Assembly: GCA_949398915.1 (NCBI GenBank)
Contig: CASLXJ010000003.1
Span: forward strand, 1-46,138
Direction: 5' to 3'
Origin: an uncultured bacterium
GTDB taxonomy: Bacteria > Bacillota > Clostridia > Christensenellales > UBA1242
DNA length: 46,138 bases
This document shows positions 37,065 to 46,138 of this stretch, piece after piece. The notes below the pieces were generated by a model. The model searched no databases and was not told the DNA's origin. It saw nothing but the letters and a program-made list of their open reading frames with translations. Position 1 is the first letter of the stretch, and each line of letters starts with the position of its first letter. The translations under genes were made by a program, and so were the position numbers.

Positions 37065-38096
37065 ATGATGAAAATTGTAGTTGATGCTTTTGGTGGAGAT
37101 AATGCACCTTTAGAAATAGTAGAAGGCGTGAAACTTGCGCTTGATAAAATCAAAGATTTAGAGATTGTATTGTGTGGAAAGGAAGAAATTCTGAAAAGCA
37201 TGATAAAAGGATATGAAAGCCGCATTGAGATTATTGCTGCCGATGATGTGATTAAAAATGAAGATCATCCAACGCTTGCAATAAGACAAAAAAAAGAGTC
37301 TTCTCTTGTTAAGGCTTATGATGCTTTAAAAGAAAGAGATGACATTATTGGTCTTGTTTCTGCTGGAAGCACTGGGGCAGTGCTTGCAGGTGCAATCATG
37401 AAAATAGGCAGAATAAAAGGAATTTCAAGACCTGCTCTTGCTCCAATTCTTCCTACAAAGAAAAATAATGATGTGATTATTATTGACAGTGGCGCAAATG
37501 TAGACTGCAAGCCTGTCAATCTTTTGCATTTCGCACTTATGGGCTCGGCCTACTATTCAATTATTTACAATAAAGAAAATCCAAGAGTTGCACTTCTCAA
37601 TAATGGCTCAGAGGAAGGGAAAGGCAATGAACTTACAAAAGAATGTCTGCCTCTTCTTAAAAAAGCACCTATCAACTTCATCGGAAATAAAGAGGGCGGT
37701 GATTTCATGAGCGGCGAGGTTGATGTCATGGTGGCTGATGGCTTTGCTGGTAATGTGCTGTTGAAAGGCACAGAAGGTGCAGTTATGGCTGTTATGTCTC
37801 TTATGAAACACAGCATTAAGTCACATTTCTGGAGTAAAATTGGCTATCTCTTTATGGGAAAGACATTTAAAGAATTGAAAGGAAGAGTTGATATTTTAAA
37901 TAAACATGGAGGCTCTCCACTGCTTGGCTGCAAAAAGCTTGTAGTGAAAAACCACGGCTCTTGTAAGCGTCACAATATTTGTTCTTCAATTGAACAAACT
38001 GTTTATCTTGACAAAAATCACCTGATAAACAAAATTGAGCAGGCGCTTGAAAAGCTTAATACAGAGCTTGGTGAGGGGACAGCAGAGGAAGCTTAA
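37065..38096 (+). CDS. plsX: Phosphate acyltransferase PlsX
   Basis: VDAFGGDNAP, VSAGSTGA, RPAL, DSGAN, DGFAGN..LK; TTGCAA-N17-TATTAT at 36999-37027. Confidence 0.96.
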   Translation: MMKIVVDAFGGDNAPLEIVEGVKLALDKIKDLEIVLCGKEEILKSMIKGYESRIEIIAADDVIKNEDHPTLAIRQKKESSLVKAYDALKERDDIIGLVSAGSTGAVLAGAIMKIGRIKGISRPALAPILPTKKNNDVIIIDSGANVDCKPVNLLHFALMGSAYYSIIYNKENPRVALLNNGSEEGKGNELTKECLPLLKKAPINFIGNKEGGDFMSGEVDVMVADGFAGNVLLKGTEGAVMAVMSLMKHSIKSHFWSKIGYLFMGKTFKELKGRVDILNKHGGSPLLGCKKLVVKNHGSCKRHNICSSIEQTVYLDKNHLINKIEQALEKLNTELGEGTAEEA

Positions 38097-38723
38097 ATGA
38101 AAAAAATATCTTATAAATTTAAAAATCCTTCACTTTTAGAAAGAGCTTTGACACACAGCTCAAGGTCAGAACAGAATTATGAGCGACTTGAATTTTTAGG
38201 TGATAGCATTTTAGATTTTTTAGTCGGAGAATATTTTTACTTGAATTGCGATGACAGTGAAGGTAAATTGAGTGTGCTTAGAAGCCATTATGTTTCAGAA
38301 AACTATCTTTCAAAAATATTTGATGAGCTTGAGCTTGAAAAGGTTGTAAAGCTTGGGAAAAGCTGTCAAGGAGAGATTACAAAGTCGATTAAAGGTGATG
38401 TCGTGGAAGCTGTAATTGCCGCAATTTACCTAGACGGCGGGCTTGAAAATGCAAAAAATTTCATTTATTTGCATTTTGACTTGAATGCTTATAAGGACAT
38501 AATTGATGACAATTATAAATCAAAATTGCAAGAGCTTGTTCAAGGAAACTTTAAGTGCAAAATGAGTTATGATACTCGTGCTTTAAAAGAGGAAGATGGC
38601 TTTATTTCCACTTTTTATATGGATGAAGATGAAATAGCCTCAGGCAGCGGAAAAAGCAAGCAAGAGGCTGAGCAAGTTGCTGCCAAAAAAGCAATTGACA
38701 AATTGTTTTTAATCAATAATTAA
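38097..38723 (+). CDS. rnc: Ribonuclease III
   Basis: ALTHSS, ERLEFLGDS, DVVEA..AAIYLDGG, dsRBD YKSKLQE...GKSKQEAEQ. Confidence 0.95.
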   Translation: MKKISYKFKNPSLLERALTHSSRSEQNYERLEFLGDSILDFLVGEYFYLNCDDSEGKLSVLRSHYVSENYLSKIFDELELEKVVKLGKSCQGEITKSIKGDVVEAVIAAIYLDGGLENAKNFIYLHFDLNAYKDIIDDNYKSKLQELVQGNFKCKMSYDTRALKEEDGFISTFYMDEDEIASGSGKSKQEAEQVAAKKAIDKLFLINN

Positions 38724-38823
38724 AAGCAAAAACAAGATGTTAAGTTATTATTTTATAACTTATAAAACAAATGAAGAATGAATTTAAAAACAACATTACA
38801 AAAAGAGTAAACGAGAGGAAAAG

Positions 38824-41800
38824 ATGATTTTTAAAAAGATTGAGATGGTCGGTTTTAAGTCTTTTGCAGAAAGGACTGTTATTGAATTTGGTGATAATTT
38901 TACTGCTATTGTTGGCCCAAATGGCTGCGGAAAAAGCAATGTATCTGACGCTATTCGTTGGGTTTTGGGTGAACAAAGTGCCAAAACTCTTCGTGGTGAC
39001 AGCATGCAGGATGTTATCTTTAACGGAACAGAAAAGAGAAAGAGTTTGTCTTATTGTGAAGTAACTCTTACTTTTGACAATTCTACTAGATTTTTCAATT
39101 TTGATTATGATGAGCTTGCTATTACAAGAAAACTCTATCGTTCAGGCGAGAGTGAATATTTAATCAATCGAAATACATGTCATTTAAAAGACATTACAAA
39201 TCTTTTGTATAACAGCGGTTTGGGTAAGAATGGATATTCGGTTGTAAGTCAGGGTAAAGTGACAGAGCTTGTAGACTCAAAGCCTGAAAATAGAAGGGCT
39301 ATGTTTGAGGATGCTGCCGGGATTTCAAAATATAAAAATGATAAAAAAGAGGCGGAAAGAAAACTTGAAAGAACAAATGACAACCTTACTCGCGTTAAAG
39401 ACATTTTAAGTGAAATTGAAAGACAAATGGGGCCGCTTAAAAAGCAGGCAGAAAATGCTAAGAAATATTTGGAATATAAAGGCACTCTTAAAGACCTTGA
39501 AGTCAATGCTTATATTTATCAATATGAAAATGCAAATAATGTAAAAGAAGCTATCAATCTTAAACTTGATGCGATAAATAGACAACTTTCTCAGAGAGAG
39601 GGTGATTTGCTTGTTGCAAACAATGATTATGATAAGTGCATGCTTGACCTTGCAAACTTTGACAAAATGCTTGCTTCTCTCAATGAAAAGATTTTGGATT
39701 TGACTGTTAATCTTGAAAAGCAAGAAGGTGAGACAAAACTTGCTCGAGAAAGAGTGAATTTCACTTTAAAAGAAAATGATAGGCTTAATCTTGACAAAAC
39801 AAATTGTGAGAAGGCTATTGAAATTGGAAGTGAAGAGAGGGAGAAGAAGGCCGAACAACTTGCAAATCTTAAAAATGACCTTGAGGCACTTGAAAAATCA
39901 TTTGATGAGCTTTCAGAAAGTTATTTAAAAATTGCAAACGAGCTTACTTTAAGCGAAGATGAGGCAGGGCAAAGTCAACAAAAAGTCATAGAAACTTTAG
40001 GCTCGCTTAGTGATATTAAAAGCTCTGTTTCAAGACTCATGGCAGAAAAAGAATTGTTAAGCTCAAATCTTGAAAATCTTGAAAGCGATAAGCTTTCGTT
40101 GGAAGCAAAACGCAAAGAAAACGAGGATAGTTATTTAAGTACAAGAAATGAGCTTGACAGCAAAGACAACCAACTTGAAAATCTTAAAAAAGAAGTTGAC
40201 TCGGCTGCAAGTCAAAACTATTTGCAAGAGCGAAAAATCAAAGAACTTGAAACTGAGAAAGCAAATACAATCACACAAATCAAGGTATATGAAAATAGAA
40301 AGAAACTTTTGACTGACCTTCAAAATGAATATGAAGGATATTCTTATGCTGTAAAAAAACTTTTGAAAGAGGGTGACAGAAACCCAGCTGTAAAATCTAA
40401 AATTGTTGGTGTTGTGGCTTCTCTTATCAAAGTGCCTGAAAAATTTGAAACTGCAATTGAAGTTGCCCTCGGCGGAAGCTTACAAAATATAGTTACTCAC
40501 AACGAAGATGACGCAAAAGAGCTTATTAAGTTTTTGAAAACAAATTCCTTTGGTAGAGCAACCTTTTTGCCAATTACATCAATGAAAAGAAGGGAATTTG
40601 ACAAGAAGTTGATTGAAGGTAAAAATGGCTGCTTTGGTCTTGCAAGTGACCTTGTAGATTTTGATAAAAATATTACAAGTGTGGTAAGCAATCTTTTGGG
40701 TGCAACTGTGATAGTTGATAATATGGATACTGCAGTAAATCTTGCAAAATCAACCAGATATTCATTCAGAATTGTCACTCTTGAAGGCGATATTGTAAAC
40801 CCTCAAGGCTCGCTTACTGGAGGAAGTAAAAAGGCGGAATCTTCAAATCTTATGGGAAGAGAACGCGAAATTGAAAATCTTGGCATTGACATTACAAAAC
40901 TTGAGACAAGATTGAAAGAAATTGAAAAAGAAGAGGGTGAGTTGACTCAACTCTTGACTGAAAGAAGGGCAAGTTTTGCTGTATTGACTGATAAAAAGAA
41001 TGCAGTTGAAGTTGAAATAGCTTCTTTGAAAGAAAAACTTAACAAATTCCAGTCAGCACTTGCCGAGGCTGAAGATAATCTTCAAGTTGCTCAAATGGAA
41101 GCTACAACTGTGCAAAATAAGATTAGACTTATTACAGAAGAGCTTTCTCGCTCTGAGAAAATTGAATCTGCGCTTTCTGGAAATAAAGTTGATGCTGACG
41201 AGCTTATTAAAGAGAAAAAAGAGCAGTTTGAAGCCCTTCGAGCAGAGCGTGACCAAATAAATAATAATATTTTGGCTGTTAAAGTTGAAATTGCTGAAGC
41301 TAAAACTAAAATTTCATCAATCGAAGATGATTTATATCGTATAGATAATGAAATAGGCAGACAGCGCACCAATGAAAGAAATATAATTGAACAGCTTGAA
41401 CAAAATGAAAAATTTATTGCTTCATGTGAGCAAATGATTAAAGAAAAACTTGCTTCTGCGCCTACATCAGCCAAGAAGATTGAGCTTGAAGAATATGTTA
41501 ATAAGCGTCAAGTTGCTGAAAATGACAAAGCTAAACTTTCAGACAAGATAAAGGAACTTGACAGTTTCAAGACATCTTTAATGGGTGAAATATCAAATAT
41601 TAAAGATAAGAAATTTAAAGAAGAAATGAATTTGTCTAAAGTGGATACAGAGCTTGAACAAATGCAAGAGCGCATCTATGAAGAATATTCACTTTCTTAT
41701 TCTACATGCCTCGAATTTAGACGCCCAGACTTTAATATCGACGAGGCTATGCCAGAAATTGCAAGACTTAAAAAGAGTATAAGCGCACTTGGTTATGTAA

Positions 41801-42408
41801 ATGTAAATGCAATTGAAGACTGCAAGGCACTTTTAGAGCGTTATGATGACTTAAACGGTCAAGCTCAAGACCTTGAAAAAGCTGGAGATGATTTAAATAA
41901 GATTATCAAAGACCTGTCTGTAATTATGATTGAAAAGTTTAGCGATGAGCTTGCAAGAATAAATGAAAGCTTTAAACTTACATTTAGAGAGCTTTTTGGT
42001 GGTGGAACAGCCAAACTTGCTCTTGCTGATGAAAATGACCCACTTGAATCTGGTGTTGAAATTTTTGCTCAACCTCCAGGAAAGAAAATTCAAAACATGA
42101 CTCTTCTTTCGGGTGGTGAAAAGTCACTTACTGCTATGGCTGTTATATTTGCTATTTTAAGGATAAAACCACTTCCTTTCTGTCTCTTTGACGAAGTTGA
42201 AGCGGCTCTTGACGATTCAAATGTTGAAATTGTAGATAAATATCTTAAAAAACTTTCGACAGATACACAATTTATTCTTATTACCCACAAAAAGCCTACT
42301 ATGGAATATGCAAATGCTTTGTTTGGTGTAACCATGGAAGAAAAAGGTGTTTCAAAGATTGTTTCAGTATTATTATCAGATGCTATTAAGCATGTTCAGG
42401 AGAATTAA
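38824..42408 (+). CDS. smc: Chromosome segregation protein SMC
   Basis: GFKSF, GPNGCGKSN, hinge GRATFLP, LSGGEK, DEVEAALD. Confidence 0.99.
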   Translation: MIFKKIEMVGFKSFAERTVIEFGDNFTAIVGPNGCGKSNVSDAIRWVLGEQSAKTLRGDSMQDVIFNGTEKRKSLSYCEVTLTFDNSTRFFNFDYDELAITRKLYRSGESEYLINRNTCHLKDITNLLYNSGLGKNGYSVVSQGKVTELVDSKPENRRAMFEDAAGISKYKNDKKEAERKLERTNDNLTRVKDILSEIERQMGPLKKQAENAKKYLEYKGTLKDLEVNAYIYQYENANNVKEAINLKLDAINRQLSQREGDLLVANNDYDKCMLDLANFDKMLASLNEKILDLTVNLEKQEGETKLARERVNFTLKENDRLNLDKTNCEKAIEIGSEEREKKAEQLANLKNDLEALEKSFDELSESYLKIANELTLSEDEAGQSQQKVIETLGSLSDIKSSVSRLMAEKELLSSNLENLESDKLSLEAKRKENEDSYLSTRNELDSKDNQLENLKKEVDSAASQNYLQERKIKELETEKANTITQIKVYENRKKLLTDLQNEYEGYSYAVKKLLKEGDRNPAVKSKIVGVVASLIKVPEKFETAIEVALGGSLQNIVTHNEDDAKELIKFLKTNSFGRATFLPITSMKRREFDKKLIEGKNGCFGLASDLVDFDKNITSVVSNLLGATVIVDNMDTAVNLAKSTRYSFRIVTLEGDIVNPQGSLTGGSKKAESSNLMGREREIENLGIDITKLETRLKEIEKEEGELTQLLTERRASFAVLTDKKNAVEVEIASLKEKLNKFQSALAEAEDNLQVAQMEATTVQNKIRLITEELSRSEKIESALSGNKVDADELIKEKKEQFEALRAERDQINNNILAVKVEIAEAKTKISSIEDDLYRIDNEIGRQRTNERNIIEQLEQNEKFIASCEQMIKEKLASAPTSAKKIELEEYVNKRQVAENDKAKLSDKIKELDSFKTSLMGEISNIKDKKFKEEMNLSKVDTELEQMQERIYEEYSLSYSTCLEFRRPDFNIDEAMPEIARLKKSISALGYVNVNAIEDCKALLERYDDLNGQAQDLEKAGDDLNKIIKDLSVIMIEKFSDELARINESFKLTFRELFGGGTAKLALADENDPLESGVEIFAQPPGKKIQNMTLLSGGEKSLTAMAVIFAILRIKPLPFCLFDEVEAALDDSNVEIVDKYLKKLSTDTQFILITHKKPTMEYANALFGVTMEEKGVSKIVSVLLSDAIKHVQEN

Positions 42409-43305
42409 ATGGGAATTTTTAAAAAAATTGGCAATGCTTTAAAAAAGACAAGAGAGGCAATTGCTCGAAAGATTGACTCGTTATTGAGTCATGGTGAGCT
42501 TGATGACGACTTTTTTGACGAGCTTACAGATGTGCTTATTTCTTGCGATATTGGAGTAAGAACAAGCATGGAAATTGTTGAAAACTTGAGATTGCGTGCA
42601 AGAAAAAATAAATTAAGAAATGCAGAAGATGTAAAAAAAGAGCTTAAAGATATTATCAAAGAAGAGTTTGCTGGCGTTGATGAAATTCAAATTGAATATC
42701 CAGCCATTATCACTATAGTAGGTGTAAATGGTGTTGGAAAGACAACTACAATTGGAAAACTTTCAAGATATTTCAAAAACGAAAAAAAAGATGTGACTTT
42801 GGTTGCTGGAGATACCTTCAGAGCTGCCGCTTCAAACCAACTTGCACAGTGGGCAGAGCGTACAAAAACAAGAATAATCAAACATGCTGAAGGCGCTGAT
42901 GCTGCGGCTGTTGTATTTGACGGAATTTCTTCAGCTAAGGCTAAGGGCACAGAGGTGCTTTTGGTTGATACAGCTGGAAGACTTCATACAAAGACAAATT
43001 TAATGGAAGAACTTAAAAAAATTGATAAGGTAATCAATCGTGAATATCCAGAAGCGCATAAATATACTTTAATTGTGCTTGATGCCACAACAGGACAAAA
43101 CGCATTAAATCAAATCAATGCGTTTAATGAGTTTGTAAAAATTGATGGAATTATTCTTACAAAACTTGATGGAACGGCAAAGGGTGGTGTGGTCGTTGCA
43201 ATTGAAAAAGATTATCATCTTCCAGTGGCTTTCGTGGGAGTTGGTGAAGGTCAAGATGACCTTGAAAAGTTTGATTATAATGATTTTATTGACAACCTTT
43301 TCTAG
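42409..43305 (+). CDS. ftsY: SRP receptor FtsY (NG domain only)
   Basis: GVNGVGKTTT, DTFRAAA, DTAGRLH, TKLDGTAKGG. Confidence 0.98.
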   Translation: MGIFKKIGNALKKTREAIARKIDSLLSHGELDDDFFDELTDVLISCDIGVRTSMEIVENLRLRARKNKLRNAEDVKKELKDIIKEEFAGVDEIQIEYPAIITIVGVNGVGKTTTIGKLSRYFKNEKKDVTLVAGDTFRAAASNQLAQWAERTKTRIIKHAEGADAAAVVFDGISSAKAKGTEVLLVDTAGRLHTKTNLMEELKKIDKVINREYPEAHKYTLIVLDATTGQNALNQINAFNEFVKIDGIILTKLDGTAKGGVVVAIEKDYHLPVAFVGVGEGQDDLEKFDYNDFIDNLF

Positions 43306-43359
43306 TTTATAATGCTTTGTCATGCTTTTAATTCATGATAATTAAGGAGATTTTGGGCT

Positions 43360-43836
43360 ATGAGCAAATTTCAGATAAAATATATAGAAAGCACAGATTA
43401 TAATGATGAAAAATATATTGGTGCTGTTTTAGATGAAAAAATGATAGGATTTTTGCGATTTAAAGTTATTGATCGCAAACCTTGGCTTTATTTTGTAGGT
43501 GTAAAAAAGGATTATAGACATCTTAAAGAAGAGCAAGTTGGCTCAAACCTTTTAAAAATTTTTGAAAATTATTGTGCAGCGAGAAATCTTTGGGGGCTTG
43601 AAGGAAAATACTGGCCAGAAGGTGAAAAAGAAAGCGTTGTAAGAAAATTTTATGAAAGAAATGGTTTTAAAATAGAACGCGAAGATTATGACATAATTGT
43701 TTATAAAAGCCAGCCTATAAAAAATAATCTTTCAGTTGAAGTAGAAAATGTTGATTTTGAAAAATTTGATAGATTATTACAAGAATATCTTGAAAAAGAT
43801 AAAAATGAAGATGAACATGAACAAGAAAAAGAATAA
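43360..43836 (+). CDS. GNAT-family N-acetyltransferase-like protein
   Basis: VGVKKDYRH...VGSNLL motif A-like, FYERNGF motif B; SD AAGGAG. Confidence 0.75.
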   Translation: MSKFQIKYIESTDYNDEKYIGAVLDEKMIGFLRFKVIDRKPWLYFVGVKKDYRHLKEEQVGSNLLKIFENYCAARNLWGLEGKYWPEGEKESVVRKFYERNGFKIEREDYDIIVYKSQPIKNNLSVEVENVDFEKFDRLLQEYLEKDKNEDEHEQEKE

Positions 43837-43847
43837 AATTTTTCGAT

Positions 43848-43875
43848 AAAAATCACTGTTAATTCAGTGATTTTT
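43848..43875 (+). terminator. Terminator after the GNAT gene
   Basis: AAAAATCACTG-TTAATT-CAGTGATTTTT. Confidence 0.75.
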
Positions 43876-43985
43876 ATTTATTTTCATAAGCAGTAAAAAA
43901 AATCGACAATTTATTACAAATTATTAAATTTGTTTGACTTAAAAATCAAGAAGGACTAAAATAATATCGGTTAAAGGAGGAAAAA

Positions 43986-45074
43986 ATGGATTGGGCGAAA
44001 ATTTGGGCAGACATTTGCAATTATTTTAAGTCAAATGTTTGGAATATCGTTTGGTTCTTTGCAATCTTAGTAATTGGTCTTATCGTTATTAAAATTTTAA
44101 TGGTTGCAACCAGAAAAATTTTATCTCACACAAAAATGGAGAAAATTGCACAGCAATTTATCTGCACCATACTTAAGTTTGTGTTGTGGCTAATTCTTAT
44201 TTTAATGCTTCTGTCACAACTTGGACTTGAGGTAAATGGCATTTTGACAGCTTGCAGTGCTATCATTTTGGCTGTTGGTATGGCTCTTCAAAATGCTATC
44301 GCCAATGTTGCCAATGGCATCATTATAATTTCAAGTCACATGTTTAAGAAGGGTGATTATATCATCACAAATGGTGTTGAGGGCAGTATTACTGATATAA
44401 ATTTCTTGTTCACAACTCTCATAACACCAGATAACAAGAAAATTACTATGCCAAACAGCACTCTTATAAACAATAATGTTACAAACTTGGGTGCATTTCC
44501 TAGGCGTAGAGTTGATTTTACTTTTTCAACCGCTTATGAAAGTGACGTAGAAAAGGTAAAACAAATTGTTGTTGAAGTAATGAAGAGCAATGGCAAGATT
44601 TATCTTGACCCAGCGCCATTTTGCAGACTTAAAGTGTTGAATTCAAGCAGTATTGATTTCTTTGCAAATTGCTGGTGTGATAATGAAGATTATTGGGAAG
44701 TTTATTATTATGTGATCGAAAATGTTTATAATGAATTTAAACGCAATAATATTTCAGTGCCATACAATCAACTTGAAATTCGTGAGCGTAAGGACGAAGT
44801 TTCTATGCCTGTTATTAAAACAGCACTTCCAGAGCGTGTTGAAAAGATAAGACCACAACATGACGAAACGAAGATTGAGACTTTTACAAAGATTTTTGTA
44901 CATAAATCTGAAGAAGAAAAAGAGTTGAAAAAACAGCAAAGAAAAGCCAAAAAAGAAGAAAAAGCTAAGGCTAAGAAAGCAAAAAAGCAACCATTAAGCG
45001 TGCTAGAAGAAAATACATCAATAGTTGAAACTGAAATTATACTTTCAGAAGACGATAATAAAGATGAAGAATAA
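43986..45074 (+). CDS. mscS: Small-conductance mechanosensitive channel with long charged C-terminal tail
   Basis: 3 TMs, AVGMALQ..IANVANG, FKKGDYI, DNKKITMPN, RRVDF, ISVPYNQ. Confidence 0.92.
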   Translation: MDWAKIWADICNYFKSNVWNIVWFFAILVIGLIVIKILMVATRKILSHTKMEKIAQQFICTILKFVLWLILILMLLSQLGLEVNGILTACSAIILAVGMALQNAIANVANGIIIISSHMFKKGDYIITNGVEGSITDINFLFTTLITPDNKKITMPNSTLINNNVTNLGAFPRRRVDFTFSTAYESDVEKVKQIVVEVMKSNGKIYLDPAPFCRLKVLNSSSIDFFANCWCDNEDYWEVYYYVIENVYNEFKRNNISVPYNQLEIRERKDEVSMPVIKTALPERVEKIRPQHDETKIETFTKIFVHKSEEEKELKKQQRKAKKEEKAKAKKAKKQPLSVLEENTSIVETEIILSEDDNKDEE

Positions 45075-45076
45075 TT

Positions 45077-45104
45077 AAGGCGGGTTTTAAAGCCCGCCTT
45101 TTTT
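45077..45104 (+). terminator. Terminator after mscS
   Basis: AAGGCGGG-TTTTAAAG-CCCGCCTTTTTT. Confidence 0.9.
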
Positions 45105-45221
45105 ATTGGAAGAATAAGGTGGCAAAGCTGTTGCAATTCAATATTTAAAATATGCAAAATTTATAAAAATGTTATAAGTTTTCACTTAAAAATGCAGTTA
45201 TTTTTACATAGACAAGCAAGT

Positions 45222-45244
45222 TTCGACATAATTCGTCATATATA
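45222..45244. promoter_or_regulatory. Tandem Spo0A boxes overlapping a SigE/SigK-type -10 upstream of sigK
   Basis: TTCGACA (45222-45228) and TTCGTCA (45232-45238) read TGNCGAA on the minus strand, 10 bp apart; CATATATT at 45237-45244. Confidence 0.6.
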
Positions 45245-45275
45245 TTGCTATCGAGTTTATCGAGGGCGGTGTTTG

Positions 45276-45989
45276 ATGATTTATGAGAGTTTTGCTAAAT
45301 TTATGGGACAAATTTGCTGTTTCACTTCTTTTGTAAGTTCAATTCAAGGTTTTCCAAAGCCTCTCACTAAAGAAGAAGAGCTTGTCTGGCTTGATAGGCT
45401 TGAAAAGGGTGACAAAGAAGCCAGAGATGTGCTTATCAACCACAATTTAAGGCTTGTTGCGCATATAGTCAAGAAATACAACAATTCGCTTGAAGCAGAT
45501 GACTTAATTTCTGTCGGAACAATTGGTTTAATAAAAGCAGTTGACAGCTTTAATGGCGATAAAGGTGTGCTTCTTTCAACTTATGCTTCTCGCTGTATTG
45601 AAAATGAAATTCTAATGCTTATCCGTTCAAATAAAAAACATAAAGATACCATTTCTTTGAATACAATGCTTGCACCTAAAAATGATAGTGATGATTTGGA
45701 ATTGTCAAACCTTATTCCTGCTGAAAGCGAAGAAGATGTCTTTGAGCAGGTTGAGGTTGGATGTCTTATGATGGATATTTTTAAGATTATGGAAAATAAG
45801 CTTTCTGACATGGAAAAGGAAATATTAAAATATCGTTATGGACTATGCAATTATCCAGTAAAGACACAAAAAGAAGTGGCAGATATTTTTGGTATTTCAA
45901 GGTCATACATTTCAAGAATTGAGAACAAAATATTGAAAATTTTGCAAAAAAATATTTCAAAAGATGATAAAAAAGAAATTGAAAATTAA
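45276..45989 (+). CDS. sigK: Pro-SigK sporulation sigma factor, uninterrupted
   Basis: Short pro-sequence then FPKPL, HNLRLVAHIVKKY, STYASRCIENEILM, TQKEVA...ISRSYISRIE. Confidence 0.93.
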   Translation: MIYESFAKFMGQICCFTSFVSSIQGFPKPLTKEEELVWLDRLEKGDKEARDVLINHNLRLVAHIVKKYNNSLEADDLISVGTIGLIKAVDSFNGDKGVLLSTYASRCIENEILMLIRSNKKHKDTISLNTMLAPKNDSDDLELSNLIPAESEEDVFEQVEVGCLMMDIFKIMENKLSDMEKEILKYRYGLCNYPVKTQKEVADIFGISRSYISRIENKILKILQKNISKDDKKEIEN

Positions 45990-46065
45990 AAAATTGTCAA
46001 TTATTTTTAAAAAAAATTAAAATCTTTGGATAAAATTGTTGAATATATTGAAAAAATCACTATAA

Positions 46066-46138
46066 TACTTATGAGAAGTTGCCGTTGGCAACAGACAATT
46101 TTCAATTGTCTTGAAACAAGTTTCTTTTCTCATAAGTA
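46066..46138 (+). other. Four-way-junction inverted-repeat element (candidate ncRNA, leader or miniature repeat)
   Basis: 12-bp outer IR TACTTATGAGAA/TTCTCATAAGTA enclosing three hairpins; TTGAAT-N16-TATAAT directly upstream; cut by the window edge. Confidence 0.55.

Noticed and set aside
42409-43305. FtsY lacking the acidic A domain
   Set aside because: NG-only FtsY is common in Bacillota.
43902-43908. ATCGACA single 0A-like box upstream of mscS
   Set aside because: One mismatch and a single copy; expected by chance.
1100-45811. Many 60-140 aa alternative-frame and antisense ORFs in the track
   Set aside because: They overlap well-supported genes, have no SD or motifs, and show the F/L/S/I-rich composition expected of shadow frames.
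45276-45989. skin element in sigK
   Set aside because: The reading frame is continuous from region 2 to region 4, with no recombinase.
46071-46138. Leaderless ORF MRSCRWQQTIFNCLETSFFSHK, or a CRISPR repeat (TTGAAAC)
   Set aside because: Only 22 codons are visible and fully explained by nested inverted repeats; there is no repeat-spacer periodicity.

Overview
Low-GC, mostly + strand chromosomal segment of a spore-forming Bacillota (Clostridia-like) bacterium with streamlined gene order. It opens in the 3' third of a 16S rRNA gene that is followed by a terminator rather than tRNA/23S. Next come a 5'-truncated surface-protein gene and conserved housekeeping blocks: ylxY-ftsK-rimO-pgsA-recA, miaB-mutS-mutL-miaA-ynbB-like, spoIIM-dacF-scpAB, mnmA, pta-ackA-rpmF-plsX-rnc-smc-ftsY, mscS and an intact sigK. 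I saw no transposase, prophage, CRISPR array or defence island. The main unexplained signals are: (1) a 38-bp palindromic element present twice (35/38 identical) in unrelated intergenic regions; (2) a 4-TM/HAMP class III cyclase homolog lacking its catalytic residues, divergent from a helical-bundle protein across back-to-back forespore-type promoters; (3) a HIT-RNase HI fusion; (4) an unannotated 50-aa membrane peptide in the spoIVFA position; (5) a TRAM-less MiaB; (6) a compensatory U1404-A1497 pair in the 16S decoding centre; (7) tandem Spo0A boxes at sigK; (8) repeated leaderless gene starts; (9) a four-way-junction element at the right edge. All calls come from reading motifs by eye; no database searches were run.
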